Source: Squalus acanthias
Lineage: Eukaryota
DNA: 64,000 nt
Assembly (NCBI GenBank): GCA_030390025.1
Contig: CM059433.1
Location: 8,434,001 to 8,498,000 of the forward strand
Direction: 5' to 3'
In this document: in pieces, positions 50,334 through 62,944 of the stretch
How the letters are laid out: every line of letters begins with the position of its first letter
Numbering within the stretch: position 1 is the stretch's first letter
The notes under the pieces: generated by a model
What the model was told of the DNA's origin: nothing
The model's database searches: none
What the model saw: the letters and a program-made list of their open reading frames with translations, nothing else
Made by a program: the position numbers and the translations under genes

Positions 50334-51077
50334 GGCCCAGAAATTGATCTCGCTCTGTTCCCGCGGGGGTAAGCCTTCCCCGCGATGTCTCACCTCGCTT
50401 ATGCTTTTTCTGATCCAGCTCGCACGAACTTGATGTTCCAGACATCAGCTGTGCTGGGCTTGCGTATCCCAGCGGCGAAGTGAATTCGTGCGAGCTGTGG
50501 GATCACGTGACTCAGTTAGAGCCAATGGCAGCACACCATCTTCCATTCATAAGTCTCACAGCATGGCTGTGAGACTTATGAATCTTACACCCCCCCAAAA
50601 TAACAGCTAAACCTCAATTAAATTAAAAAAAAAACCCATCACATTAATAAAATAAGTATAGTTAATTAAATTAACCATTTTAAATAAAAAATTAAATTTT
50701 TGAAAAAATTTAAAATCTTTTAAAAAGTTATAAAAATAAACTTACCTGTCTTTAAAGTCTCTAAAAAAGATATACCTGTAAAAAAAAATTCAAAAAAATA
50801 CTTAATTCACTACTTACCTTCTTAAAAGCGGGTCTTACTCCTCCTTTTTACATTTCCAAAATCTTCCCTACTTACCTGCGCGTCCACAGCATGAAGTGCA
50901 CAGCGTGCGCGCAGCCTGTAGCGCGCACGCGATGCACCCAGGCCCCGCCCCCTTTTCAGAAGAGCAATTGCCGGTTTTCAGCGCATGCGCAGGGCATGCA
51001 GAAAACCGGCAATTGGAGTGGGAATACGCGAGAGTACGCAGTGCGTACTCTCGCGTCCCGGGATCAATTTTCGGCCC
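50334..51077 (-). mobile_element. MITE, same superfamily, inverted
   Basis: TIRs GGCCCAGAAATTGATC / GATCAATTTTCGGCCC. Confidence 0.8.
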
Positions 51078-51277
51078 ATTATATCTGACTGCCTTCGCAG
51101 CCTTCCGTCTCAAAACAAAATCCTGTTTCTCTTTTTATTCCCCATCTGTTCACAGACAGACAGGGATCACAGGACTTTTCAACACAATGGATTTGAGGGG
51201 CTTTTTATGAAAATACACTTTACTTTAAAAAAAAACTTAACATTAAAAGTAACTCTTTTTTCCAAATTCTTTCTTCA

Positions 51278-51890
51278 GTGTCAGCTGTGGCTCAGTTGGT
51301 AGCACACTTCGCCTCTGAGTCAGCAAGGCTGTGGGTTCATAGTCCCACGCCATAAGACTTGAGCACAAAAATCTAGGCTGATACATAAGAAATAGGAGCA
51401 GGAGTAGGCCCTTTGGCCCCTTCGAGCCTGCTCTGCCATTCAATAAGATCATGGTTGACTTTCTACCTCATCTCCACTTGCCTGCACTATCCTTAATATT
51501 CAAAAATCTATCAATCTCTATCTTGAATATAGTGCAGTGCAGTGCTGAGGGAGTGCTGCACTGTCGGAGGTGCCGTCTTTCAGATGAGACATTAAACCGA
51601 GGCCCCGTCTGCGCTCTCGGGTGGATGTAAAAGATCCCATGGGCACTGTTTCGAAGAAGAGCAGGGGAGTTATCCCCGGTGTCCTGGGGCCAATATTTAT
51701 CCCTCAACCAACATAACTAAAACAGATTATCTGGTCATTATCACATTGCTGTTTGTGGGAGCTTGCTGTGCGCAAATTGGCTGCCGCGTTTCCCACATTA
51801 CAACAGTGACTCCACTTCATTGGCTGTAAAGCGCTTGAGACGTCCGGGTGTCATGTAAGGTGTGATATAAATGCAAATCTTTTCTTTTTT
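51278..51890 (+). mobile_element. DeuSINE-like SINE with a nested antisense CR1 tail (~51382-51530)
   Basis: tRNA head GTGGCTCAGTTGGTAGC; the SINE body resumes after the CR1 tail; L2-type end. Confidence 0.85.
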
Positions 51891-52156
51891 TAGAAAATAG
51901 TCAAAAGACTATTGAAACATGGCAACAGTCTTTTTTTTCTGAATAACAAAACCAGACTGGCTGTTATAACAGCCACACATGCAGGATGTTCTGGTTACAT
52001 AGGTTTTTCATACTTTTAGCTGAACTAGTCAGAAGAAAAAAAAGAGTTGCATTTATATAGCACCTCATCATATCAGTCAGGAATATCCCAAGGCACTTCA
52101 CATACAATAAATCACTTAAGAAGTGCATTTACTGTTGTGATGGAGGCAAATGTAGC

Positions 52157-52525
52157 AGAATCATAGAAATTTACAGCACAGAAAGAGGCCTTTTCGGCCC
52201 ATTGTGTCCGCGCCGGCCGACAAAGAGCTCTCCAGCCTAATCCCACTGTCCAGCTCTTGGTCCGTTGCCCTGTAGGTTACGGCGCTTCAAGTACTTTTTA
52301 AATGCGATGAGGGTCTCTGCTTCTACTACCCTTTCAGGCAGTGAGTTCCAGACCCCCACCACCCTCTGGGTGAAAAAATTTCCCCTCAAATCTCCTCTAA
52401 ACCTCCGACCAATTACTTTAAATCTACGCCCCCTGGTTATTGACCCTTCTGCTAAGGGAAATGGATCCTTCCTATCCACTCTATCTATGCCCCTCATAAT
52501 TTTATACACTTCAATTAGGTCTCCT
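52157..52525 (-). mobile_element. CR1 3' end
   Basis: YKIMRGIDRVDRKDPFPLAEGSITRGRRFKVIG..WNSLPERVVEA. Confidence 0.9.
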
Positions 52526-54299
52526 TATAATCTCCTTATACACCTCAAGAATCTCACAAACAGCAATGAGATGAATGACCAGTTAGTGTCTTTGCTAATC
52601 TTGATTTAGGGGGGAATCTGGAGCAGGTCACTGGCAGGACTCTCTGGTTTGGCAAAATAGTGCCATGGGATCCACATCCAGCGGAACAAAATCTCAGATT
52701 AACATCTCATCCTGTGACCGTGCAGCACTCCCCTCAGGACTGCGCTGGAGTCACCGCCTAGATTATATGCTCATATCACGGAGTGAGGCTTAAACGTGAA
52801 ACCCTCTAACTCAGGAGGGAAGAGCGCTTCCAAATAACTGACACTGATACTACAGCATTAAAGGAATGCTCACAGCACAGGAGAACAGGCCAGCTTCTTG
52901 CAGCTTGAGCTTATTAAGTGCATGGTTAGCAGTTTAACAAGTGGCCCAGTGGCATTACTGCAGATGTGTTCTGATTGACTTCTGAGTTGTGCGTTCGTTG
53001 TAACCTCTCCAGCCTGGCAGAAAGCGCACAGGTAAAGTTGCGCAGACCTACTAGCGCGCTTGGAAAAAAAAAATGGAGTGAAAATAAACTCTCATTTAAC
53101 ACGCTTTCACTGTGCTAACAAAATAAACACCCTCACTCTTCAAAGATTTTCCTCTTTGAAGAAAATGGTAGGAGACTTGCATCAGGTGTGCATCATTACA
53201 AACAGTTCAGCAAATGGTAGCGGTGGCTTTCCTATTTCACAGCTGAGTTCAAAGCCAGTAACAAGCGCCGGGAGTTCCAACCCTGAACTACAATCACGGT
53301 AAATAACTCTGCGCTGGTTTACACCTGAGCATTCCCTGCGTAAATCACTAAAATGCAAATTTGCAGCTGTGTGGGACACGGAGCCGGAGAGAGGAAGGAT
53401 TTTTGGAAGCCGTTTACTAGATTATTGATGAGCCAGTCAATCAGAAAACTGCATTCAGGGTATCTACCGTTCAGCTTTATTCTAGTGTTTGATTTTCAGC
53501 TATGTGCAAAAAAAACACACAGAAAACAACAGATGTCTATGATTGTATTAAATGGCTGCAATACCCTCGAGGAGTTTAGGTAGCTCCATAAATGGTAAGT
53601 GCCAAGCTTGTGCAGTTTACACAGTTATCTGAACACTAAGATTGTGTTGCAGCCTATAAAACTCTGGCAGTCATTTCTTATTTTGCATAGCAGATATACA
53701 CTTTCAAGAAAAAAAAATCAATTTCTGAGTTTTCCTGTTTCTAATTTGGTATTTGACTTCCGGCCTTCTGTTACCAACCCCACGTTTTATACTGCTCGCC
53801 GTTAGAATGGCAAAGCTTTACCCACTGGCTTCACAGCGGTGGCACTAGAGTGTCGTAAGATTACGGGTGACGGTTGCTTTGGTGGAATTAATGGGGCAGA
53901 AAGGGGATATGGTGGAACTTACACCCAACTATTACAGCACATCCATTTCCTCCGGAGCTTTCTCTGGATCCCGGGGCCCTGCCAACACTCCGACATTGGC
54001 ATGTGGCGGGCAAAGCAGGGCGGCCAGATGCGGTCTCAGCAGGGGGTGGGGGAGGGGGGAGTGGGGAGTTGAGGGGAATTAAGGTCGGGATGGGGAGTCA
54101 GCGGTAGTGGTAGGATACGCCTCCCAATTTTGCCCTGTGTTCCCATTTCAGATGGGATGGCAAAGCTAAATCCAGCCTCACAAATTCTCACTCTGGCTCG
54201 AAGCATGGAGGAGTTCACAAGCTGAAATGGAGCATGTGGCAACTCCAGGGCCATCTGTTGTGGAACCCTAGTAGCAGACATTCTAGGGCCAGAGGTGAG

Positions 54300-54905
54300 G
54301 TGAGAGTGACCATCTCCAACAAGAGAGCGTCTAACCACCTCCCCTTGACATCCAATGAGATTACCATCATTGAATACCCAACCATCAACATCCTGGGGGT
54401 CACCATTGACCAGCCACATAAATACTGTGGTAACAAGAGCAGGTCAGAGGTTGGGTATTCTGCGGCGAGTGTCTCACCTCCTGACTCCCCAAAGCCTTTC
54501 CACCATCTACAAGGCACAAATCAGGAGTGTGATGGAATACTCTCCACTTGCCTGGATGAGTGCAGCTCCAACAACACTCAAGAAGCTCAAGACACCATCC
54601 AGGACAAAGCAGCCCGCTTGATTGGCACCCCATCCACCACCTTAAACATTCACTCCCTCCACCACCAGCGTACCGTGGCTGCAGTGTGTACCATCTACAA
54701 GATGCACTGCAGCAACTCGCCAAGGCTTCTTCGGCAGCACCTCCCAAACCCACGACCTCTTCCACCTAGAAGGACAAGGGCAGCAGGCGCATGGGAACAC
54801 CACCACCTCCAAGTTCCCCTCCAAGTCACACACCATCCTGACTTAGAAGTTTATCGCCGATCCTTCATCGTCGCTGGGTCAAAATCCTGGAACTCCCTCC
54901 CTAAA
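54300..54905 (+). mobile_element. Fragment of the tRNA-headed CR1-group LINE
   Basis: TINILGVTIDQ..RAGQRLGILRRV..EYSPLAWMS. Confidence 0.9.
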
Positions 54906-55304
54906 AGTGCAGTTCGGTAATTGGATGAACGGGAACTTGTAAAGCCAATTCTCCTCTGATGGTTCCAGGGGGCTGAACCTAAGCCATGTTTACTGGTGGG
55001 TGTGGCCGGTGCACTTCTGGCGCAGTTTGATCTCCCTGGCAACCCTTCAGCGGCCGCCTTCTTCACCCTCGTCTCTAAAATCTTTTACGAGGGAGCATTG
55101 ACTCTAATCTCTGCAACTTTGAATCAACGCAGTTCAACGGATCGGAGCCGACCAGCTTTAAGGAATGCCTTACACCCAAGCCAGAAGGTGTGGCCTTTAA
55201 ACACTGGTTTCCAGTGGGCGTGCGGTGTGCACAGCTGGTGCGCTTTGCAAGCTCTGGCATTTAGCACGTTGGCCAAATTGGCTCGCAGTTACATAGCGTT
55301 CAAA

Positions 55305-55895
55305 GGTGTACAGGGCCTTGGTGAGACCACACCTGGAGTACCGTGTGCAGTTTTGGTCTCCTTACCTATAGAAAGGATATACTTGCCATAGAGGGAGTGC
55401 AGCAAAGGTTCACCAGACTGGTTCCTGGGATGGCAGGACTGTCGTATGAGGAGAGATTGGGTCGGCTAGGCCTGTATTCACCAGAGTTTAGAAGAATGAG
55501 AGGGGATCTCATTGAAATGTATAAAATTCTGACAGGGCTAGACAGACTGGATGCAGGGAGGATGTTTCCCCTGGCTGGGGGGGTCTAGAACGAGGGGTCA
55601 CAGTCTCAGGATACAGGGTAGGACATTTAGGACTGAGATGAGGAGAAATTTCTTCACTCAGAGGGTGGTGAACCTGTGGAATTCTCTACCACAGACAGCT
55701 GTGGAGGCCCAGTCACTGAATATATTTAAGAAGGAGATAGATAGATTTCTAGACGCAAAAGGCATCAAGGTGTATGGGGAGAGAGCAGGAATATGGTATT
55801 GAGATAGAGGATCAGCCATGATCATATTGAATGGCGGAGCAGGCTCGAAGGGCCGAATGGCCTACTCCTGCTCCTATTTTTCTATGTTTCTATGT
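55305..55895 (+). mobile_element. CR1 LINE 3' portion
   Basis: RKDILAIEGVQQRFTRLVPGMAGLSYEERL..; TTCTATGT tail. Confidence 0.92.
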
Positions 55896-56757
55896 ATTGA
55901 AGCTGTCACACATTCTCCGTGAGAGCGAGGATTGGCAGGTCCGCCATTTTAAATGGTGCATTATTGGGGGCTGAGATCCAGCAACTTCATTCATTCCCCT
56001 AACTCTAGATTCCACCCACTCGCGTCACATTGACGGATCTATTTCCGCCAGTCGGCATTCTTCCCCTTTACCAGTGGAATATTTTATTTATTCATAAACA
56101 CGCAAGTGAAAGCGATTTTTTTTTTTAACTAGAAAATGAAGGAAGTGGTTTCCCTGCATGGCATCTTGTTTTATTGAGTCAGAGACTCCCGTATGTATTA
56201 AAATGTAATTAGAAATTACTCACAAGTAATCGCGCTGCTATCGGTGGCGTCCTAGTGTAACAGTATAAAAACAGAAACATTATCAAATAAAATAGAATAG
56301 AAGGGGCTTGTAGTCTTCACCCCTTGTAGTGATCGTGCAGACATACGGCTCCAATCCTGATTGCCAAATTCAGCCTGAGCCTGAGCCTTACGTACAAGAT
56401 TTCCTTCGGTTGTACCGATCAGTGCCGCCGGTTGGTCATGCTGGGCCTCCGCAGTGATCTTCGCCGCAGCTCAGTGCTGCCCCGCACTTCAAACAACGCC
56501 TTACTCAGCCGCTTCCCCCCCCCCCACCTCATCGAGCCCAATTAATTTAGCCCCATAACCAGCACACTACGTGCAATGCCGCTCCGCGCTTTCCACTTAA
56601 GAGTGTCACTCTGGGGTCCAATGAGTGGCACTAAATGGGGGGAAGCAGGAAAACAATTGATTAATCCGCCGGTTAAAGTGCCCAGCGCCACTGAACAATG
56701 TAATACACATGGGAAACAGCTGGTTACAGCAATCATTTGAGCTGTTGGCCAAATTGA

Positions 56758-57230
56758 TCAGCTGTGGCTCAGTGGGTAGCACACTCGCCTCTGGGTCAGA
56801 AGGTTGTGGGTTCACAGTCCCCACTCACAGGGACTTGAGCACGTAAAGCTAGGCTGACGCTCCCAGTGCAGTGCTGAGGGAGTGCTGCACTGTTGGATGT
56901 GCCGTCTTTCGGATGAGACGTTAAAACCGAGGCCCTGTCTGCCCTCTCAGGTGGACGTAAAAGATCCCATGGCCACTATTTTGAAGAAGAGCAGGGGAGT
57001 TATCCCTGGTGTCCTGGGGCCAATATTTATCCCTCAACCAACATAACAAAAACAGTTGATCTGGTCAATATCACATTGCTGTTTGTGGGAGCTTGCTGTG
57101 TGCAAACTGGCTGCCACGTTTCCCACATTACAACAGTGACTATAATTCAAAAGTACTCATTGGCTGTAAAGCGCTTTGAGACGTCCGGTGGTCGTGAAAG
57201 GCGCTATATAAATGCAAGTCTTTCTTTCTT
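56758..57230 (+). mobile_element. Full-length DeuSINE/SacSINE1-like SINE
   Basis: A box TGGCTCAGTGG, B-box-like GGTTCACAGTCC, Deu-like core and L2-type tail. Confidence 0.87.
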
Positions 57231-57700
57231 TATTCTACTGTATTGATAATTACTAAACTATCACTTTGTGATTGCATTGTTACTGATGGAACTGAAGTAA
57301 AGCATCACTATACTTTATCAATAGTCACATATTTGTGTGTTGACACTGTGCAGTACTATCAGTGCCTAGATCATCTAACCGCAAGAGCCCAGCTGCACTA
57401 GTTTCTGGAATTGCTACAGTATGTATAAGTATTTGCAGATGTGCCTGGAACAGAAATGCTGTCTGATTTCTTAGAAAAACTAAAATAATGTACGAGGTTA
57501 ATATCTTATTCTAGATGGCCGGAATTATCTTTATTTCATTTGTAAAGTCAAGGATTCTCTCAAGGCGGGCAGCCTGGATTCAGCTGATCAGTTCAGTAAT
57601 AAACTATGTGCATTGTTACGACTTTCAAACGAGATTCCACACTCGGCGGGTTCCAAATCTCAACTAGAAAGCCAGGAATTAGATAGCTTAAACACACCTC

Positions 57701-59385
57701 CTTTTTTTATTTGGTTTATGGGATGTGGGCATCGCTTGCAAGGCCAGCATTTATTGCCCATCCCTAGTTGCCCTTGAGAAGGTGGTGGTGAGCCGCCTTC
57801 TTGAACCGCTGCAGTCTGTATGGTGAAGGTGCTCCCACAGTGCTGTTAGGGACGGATTTCCAGGATTTTGACCCAGCGACGATGAAGGAACGGCCGATAT
57901 ACTTCCAAGTCAGGATGGTGTGTGACTTGGAGGGGAACTTGGAGGTGGTGGTGTTCCCATGCGCCTGCTGCCCTTGTCCTTCTAGGTGGTAGAGGTCGCG
58001 TGCTTGGGAAGTGCTGTTGAAGAAGCCTTGGCGAGTTGCTGCAGTGCATCTTGTAGATGATACACACTGCAGCCACGGTACGCCGGTGGTGGAGGGAGTG
58101 AATGTTTAAGGTGGTGGATGGGGTGCCAATCAAGCGGGCTGCTTTGTCTTGGATGGTGTCGATCTTCTTGAGTGTTGTTGGAGCTGCACTCATCCAGGCA
58201 AGTGGAGAGTATTCCATCACACTCCTGACTTGTGCCTTGTAGATGGTGGAAAGGCTTTGGGGAGTCAGGAGGTGAGACACTTACCGCAGAATACCCAGCC
58301 TCTGACCTGCTCTTGTTGCCACAGTATTTATGTGGCTGGTCCAGTTAAGTTTCTGGTTAATGGTGACCCCCAGGATATTGATAGTGGGGGATTTGGTGAT
58401 GGTAATGCCATTGAATGTCAAGGGGCGGTGGTTAGACTCTCGCTTGTTGGAGATAGTCATTGCCTGGCACTTCTGTGGTGCAAATGTTACCTGCCACTTA
58501 TCAGCCCAAGCCTGAACGTCATCCAGGTCTTGTTGCATGCGGGCATGGACTGCTTCATTATCTGAGGAGTTGTGAATGGAACTGAACATTGTGCAGTCAT
58601 CAGCGAACATCCCCATTTCTGACCTTATGATGGAGGGAAGGTCATTGATGAAGCAGCTGGAGATGGTTGGGCCTAGGGCACTGCCCTGAGGAACTCCTGC
58701 AGCGAAGTCCTGGGGATGTGATGATTGACCTTCAACCACCACAACCATCTTCCTTTCTGCTAGGTATGACTCCAGCCAGTGGAGAATTTTCCCCCCGATT
58801 CCCATTGACTTCAGTTTTACTAGGGCTCCTTGATGCCACATTCGATCAAGTGCTGCCTGATGTCAAGGGCAGTCACTCTCACCTCACCTCTGGAATTCAG
58901 CTCCTTTGTCCATGTTTGGACCAAGGCTGTAATGAGGTCGGGAGCTGAGTGGGCTTGGCGGAACCCAAACTAGGCATCAGTGAGCAGGTTATTGGTGAGT
59001 AAGTGCTGCTTGATAGTACTGTCGATGACACCTTCCATCACTTTGCTGATGATTGAGATGGGGCAGTAATTGGCCGGGTTGGATTTGTCCTGCTTTTGTG
59101 GACAGGACATAGCTGGGCAGTTTTCCACATTGTTGGATAGATGCCAATGTTATAGCTGTACTGGAACAGCTTGACTAGAGGCGCGGCTAGTTCTGGAGCA
59201 CAAGTCTTCAACACGACAGCCGGGATGTTGTTGGGGCCCACAGCCTTTGTGCGCTCAGCCGTTTCTTGATATCACGTGGACTGGCTGAAGACTGACTTCT
59301 GTGGTGGTGGGGACCCTTGGAGGAGGCCAATATGGATCATCCACTCGTCACTTCTTGCTGAAGATGGTTGCAAACGTTTCAGCTT
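57701..59385 (-). mobile_element. 3' half (RT, 3' UTR, poly(A)) of the tRNA-headed CR1-group LINE
   Basis: GPNNIPAVVLKTCAPELAAPL..AGVPQGSALGP..MFADDCT..EYSPLAWMS; T-run at 57702 on the plus strand. Confidence 0.93.
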
Positions 59386-59387
59386 AT

Positions 59388-60976
59388 AGGGAACGGTAGC
59401 ATAGTGGTTATGTCACTGGGCTAGTAATCCAGTAGGCCTGGACTAATGATCTGGAGACGTGAGTTCAAATCTCCACCACGGCAGCTGGGGAATTTAAATT
59501 CAGTTAATTAAATAAATATGGAATAAAAAGCTAGTACCAGTAATGGTGACCATAAGACTATTGGATTGTTGTAAAAACCCAACAAATGTCCTTTAGGAAA
59601 GGAAATCTGTTGTCTTTACCTGTCTGGCCTATATGTGACTCCAGACCCACAGCACTGTAGTTGACTCTTAACTGCCCTCTGAAATGGACCAGCAAGACAC
59701 TCAGTTGTAAAAAAAACGCTACGAAAAACAATAAGAATAAAACTGGACGATCGACCTAGGCACCGGCTATGGACATGACAACAACGCACCCAGCCCAGTC
59801 CTCCTCACCAACATCTGGGGACTTGTGCCAAAATTGGGAGAGCTGTCTCACAGACTAGTCAAGCAACAGCCTGACATAGTCATACTCACAGAATCATACC
59901 TTTCAGCCAATGTCCCAAACTCCTCCATCACCATCCCTGGGTATGTCCTGTCCCACCAGCAGGGCAGACCCACCAGGGGTGGCGGCACAGTGGTATACAG
60001 TCAGGATGGAGTGGTCTTGGGAGTCCTCAACATTGACTTCGGACCCGAGGAAGCTTCAGGTCAAGCATGGGCAAGGAAACCTCCTGCTGATGAATCAATA
60101 CTCCTCCATATTGAAGAAGCACTGAGAGTAGCAAGGGCACAGAATGTACTCTGCGTGGGCAACTTCAATGTCCATCGCCAAGAGTGGCTTGGTAGCACTA
60201 CTGACTGAGCTGGCTGAGTCCTGAAGGACACAGCTGCCAGTCTGGGCCTGCGACAGGTGGTGAGAGAGCCAACACGAGGGAAAAACCTCGTCCTCACCAA
60301 TCTACCTGTCGCAGATGCATCTGTCCATGACAGCATTGGTAGCAGTGACCACCGCACAGTCATTGCGGAGACGAAGTCCTATCTCCACACTGAGGACATC
60401 CTCCATCGTGTTGTGTGGCACTACCACCGTGCTCAATGGGATAGATTCAGAACAGATCTAGCAGCTCAAAACTGGGCATCCATGAGGCACTGTGGGGCAG
60501 CAGCAGAATTGTATTCCACCATGATCTGTAACCTCATGGCCTGGCATATCCCTCACTCTACCATTACCATCAAGCCAGGGGACCAACCCTGGTTCAACGA
60601 GGAGTGTAGAAGAGCATGCCAGGAGCAGCACCAGGCATACCTAAAAATGCGGTGTCAACCTGGGGATGCTGCAACACAGGACTACATGCATGCTAAACAG
60701 CGGAAGCAGCATGCTATAGACAGAGCTAAGCGATCCCACAATCAATGGATCCGATCAAAGCGCTGCAGTCCTGCCACATCCGGTCGTGAATGGTGGTGGA
60801 CCATTAAACAACTAACGGGAGGAGGAGGAGGCTCCGTGAATATCCCCATCCTCAATGATGGTGGAGCCCAGCACGTGAGAGCAAAAGACAAAGCTGAAGC
60901 ATTTGCAACCATCTTCAGCCAGAAGAGCCGAGTGGATGATCCATATCGGCCTCCTGCTGAGGTCCCCACCACCACA
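59388..60976 (+). mobile_element. Inverted 5' half (tRNA-like head, 5' UTR, APE endonuclease, linker) of the same LINE
   Basis: A box TAGCATAGTGG 59397-59407, B box GTTCAAATC 59463-59471. Then LLTNIWGL..PDIVILTESYL..GGGTVVY..GNFNVH..VREPTRG..SDH (APE motifs) and PWFNEEC. Confidence 0.88.
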
Positions 60977-61131
60977 AATAGTTGCTGTATTATTGGAGGG
61001 ACTGGGAATAAGGCTCTTTGACCCCACAATCAGACATGGCTGGCTGTTTTGGCTAATTATGAGAATGAAAATATACAGCAAGTAGAAACAATCTGTTTGT
61101 CTGCCTATCTATAGAATTCCTTCGCCCCACT

Positions 61132-61383
61132 ATTGGCGGCCGTGCCTTCAGCTGTCTAGGCCCTAAGCTCTGTAATTCCCTCCATAAAACTCTCCGTCTC
61201 TCTATCTCACGATGCTCCTTAAAGATGCTCCTTAAAACCTCCCTCTTTGACCAAGCTTTTGGTCACCTGCACTAATGTCTCCTTCTTTGGCTCAGTGTCA
61301 ACCTTTGTACGATTACGCTCCTGTGAAGCACCTTGGGATATTTTACTGCGTTAAAGGTGCTATATCAATGCAAGTTGTTGTCA
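61132..61383 (+). mobile_element. L2 LINE 3' end
   Basis: GCCTTCAGCTGTCTAGGCCCTAAGCTCTG..CTTTGACCAAGCTTTTGGTCACCTG..CAAGTTGTTG. Confidence 0.85.
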
Positions 61384-62944
61384 TTGCTGTTATAATATAT
61401 ATTAGCATAATTGCCATCACTTATTTCCTATCAGTGCAATGCTTACCGCCTGTCACTCACACCTTTTATGCTTTTCCCGTCACCAATTTCAGCCGTGCTA
61501 TTTCTATCATGCTTGTCCATCATGCTTTACTGGCAGACTTAAGCTTGCTGTTTATAATTTTATCTCCTGCACTTACCTTTGGCCATTCTTCCTGCGTGAT
61601 TTACTCCACCTGTGCACCTCCTGGCTGCCGATTTGAGTCCTTGAACATCAGGCCTCTCGCCTGACACAATCTGCTGCTGCCTTTCCCCGCTACCCAGCTG
61701 CTCTCCTGCCACATCCTGGCCAGCAGGAGAATCACCATTCTCTGCCCCTGCTGAGACCCTAGCCCTTGCTCCCAGCTCCCAGCCATCCCTGGGTCCCTAT
61801 CCCCTTCGGGCATCCCCCTGTACAACCATCAGCAAATTCCTAGCCACCCTTTCTCATGTTGCCAATTGTCAATGTTCTTCCAACCTTCCATGGCCCAAAA
61901 ATCACTTCCCTGCCGAGCTGCTGCTCATCTACTGTATGCAGTCAACGAAAACACGAAAGGCTGAGTGAGCGATTTAAAGTCACTTCAAGCTGCTTCTGGG
62001 CTGATGGTCAGAAACTCAAGAGAGGGGCCACTTCTCCGTCTCTGGGATGGTCAGGGATGCAGGGGCCGGGAACTTGACCAGGGGGAGACTGTTGGTTCCC
62101 AAACACAACGGTTTAGGGAGGCGATGCTGAAGAGACGAGGGGGAGTTTGAATCCCATCTTCCAGTGCCACCTTCCCCTCAATGCTATTAAAACCCGACTC
62201 CCTCCCTTAATACTTCCAGAACCTGCAATACCGCATGCACACTAAAGATGGCTTTCCGCCTGAGCCCCACACTCGGAAAGCCATATTGCAGCATAAGAAA
62301 GGGTGGGAGTGTGGTGCGAGTGTAAGTCAGATGCAAACCCACAAAAAAGGAAGTGCAGATAAGGAACTCAAAAAGTAGGTCTTATCTGTGCAAGTCTTTC
62401 CACTAATGCTGACATTCTATTTAAAAAAAGGAAAGTACTTTTTTTCCGAATTTCATAAAAGAACTCCAATCCCCATTGAGACACGAGTTTAGAAACACAC
62501 ATATATATATAGTTTCTATTTTAAAAAAAAGCAGAACACTCTGTGTGTTCGCGGCTGAAAAGTGACAAGGCTGAAGGAAGAGCCACTTGACAACTTGGGC
62601 ACTCCCTGCAACTATTCCTCCTAAAAATACACAGCAGAATAACCATCAAAATGGGGACAATTTGCAAACCGACTTCATGCCGTTGTCATTTGGATTTATG
62701 ATCATACGGCACACAAGGAGAACAAAGTCCCTTTCTCGTCATCGGTTAATGTTAGCTTTACTTTCAATTTAGCGCTAGTGTTGGGGAAACAGAGCAACTG
62801 GAACTCCTAACACTCCCGTGTAAAGGTGTTTTTTTATGCCATGTTTCGGGGCCAGGGTCATCATGTTAAAACGTCTCACAAAGGAGTTTACAACTGGAAG
62901 GCAGTGCAAAGACCAGTTAATAAAATAAGACAAATATGGAAAAG

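Noticed and set aside
56758..56830. SINE heads as functional tRNA genes
   Set aside because: Continue into SINE body and L2-type tail; cloverleaf is degenerate.
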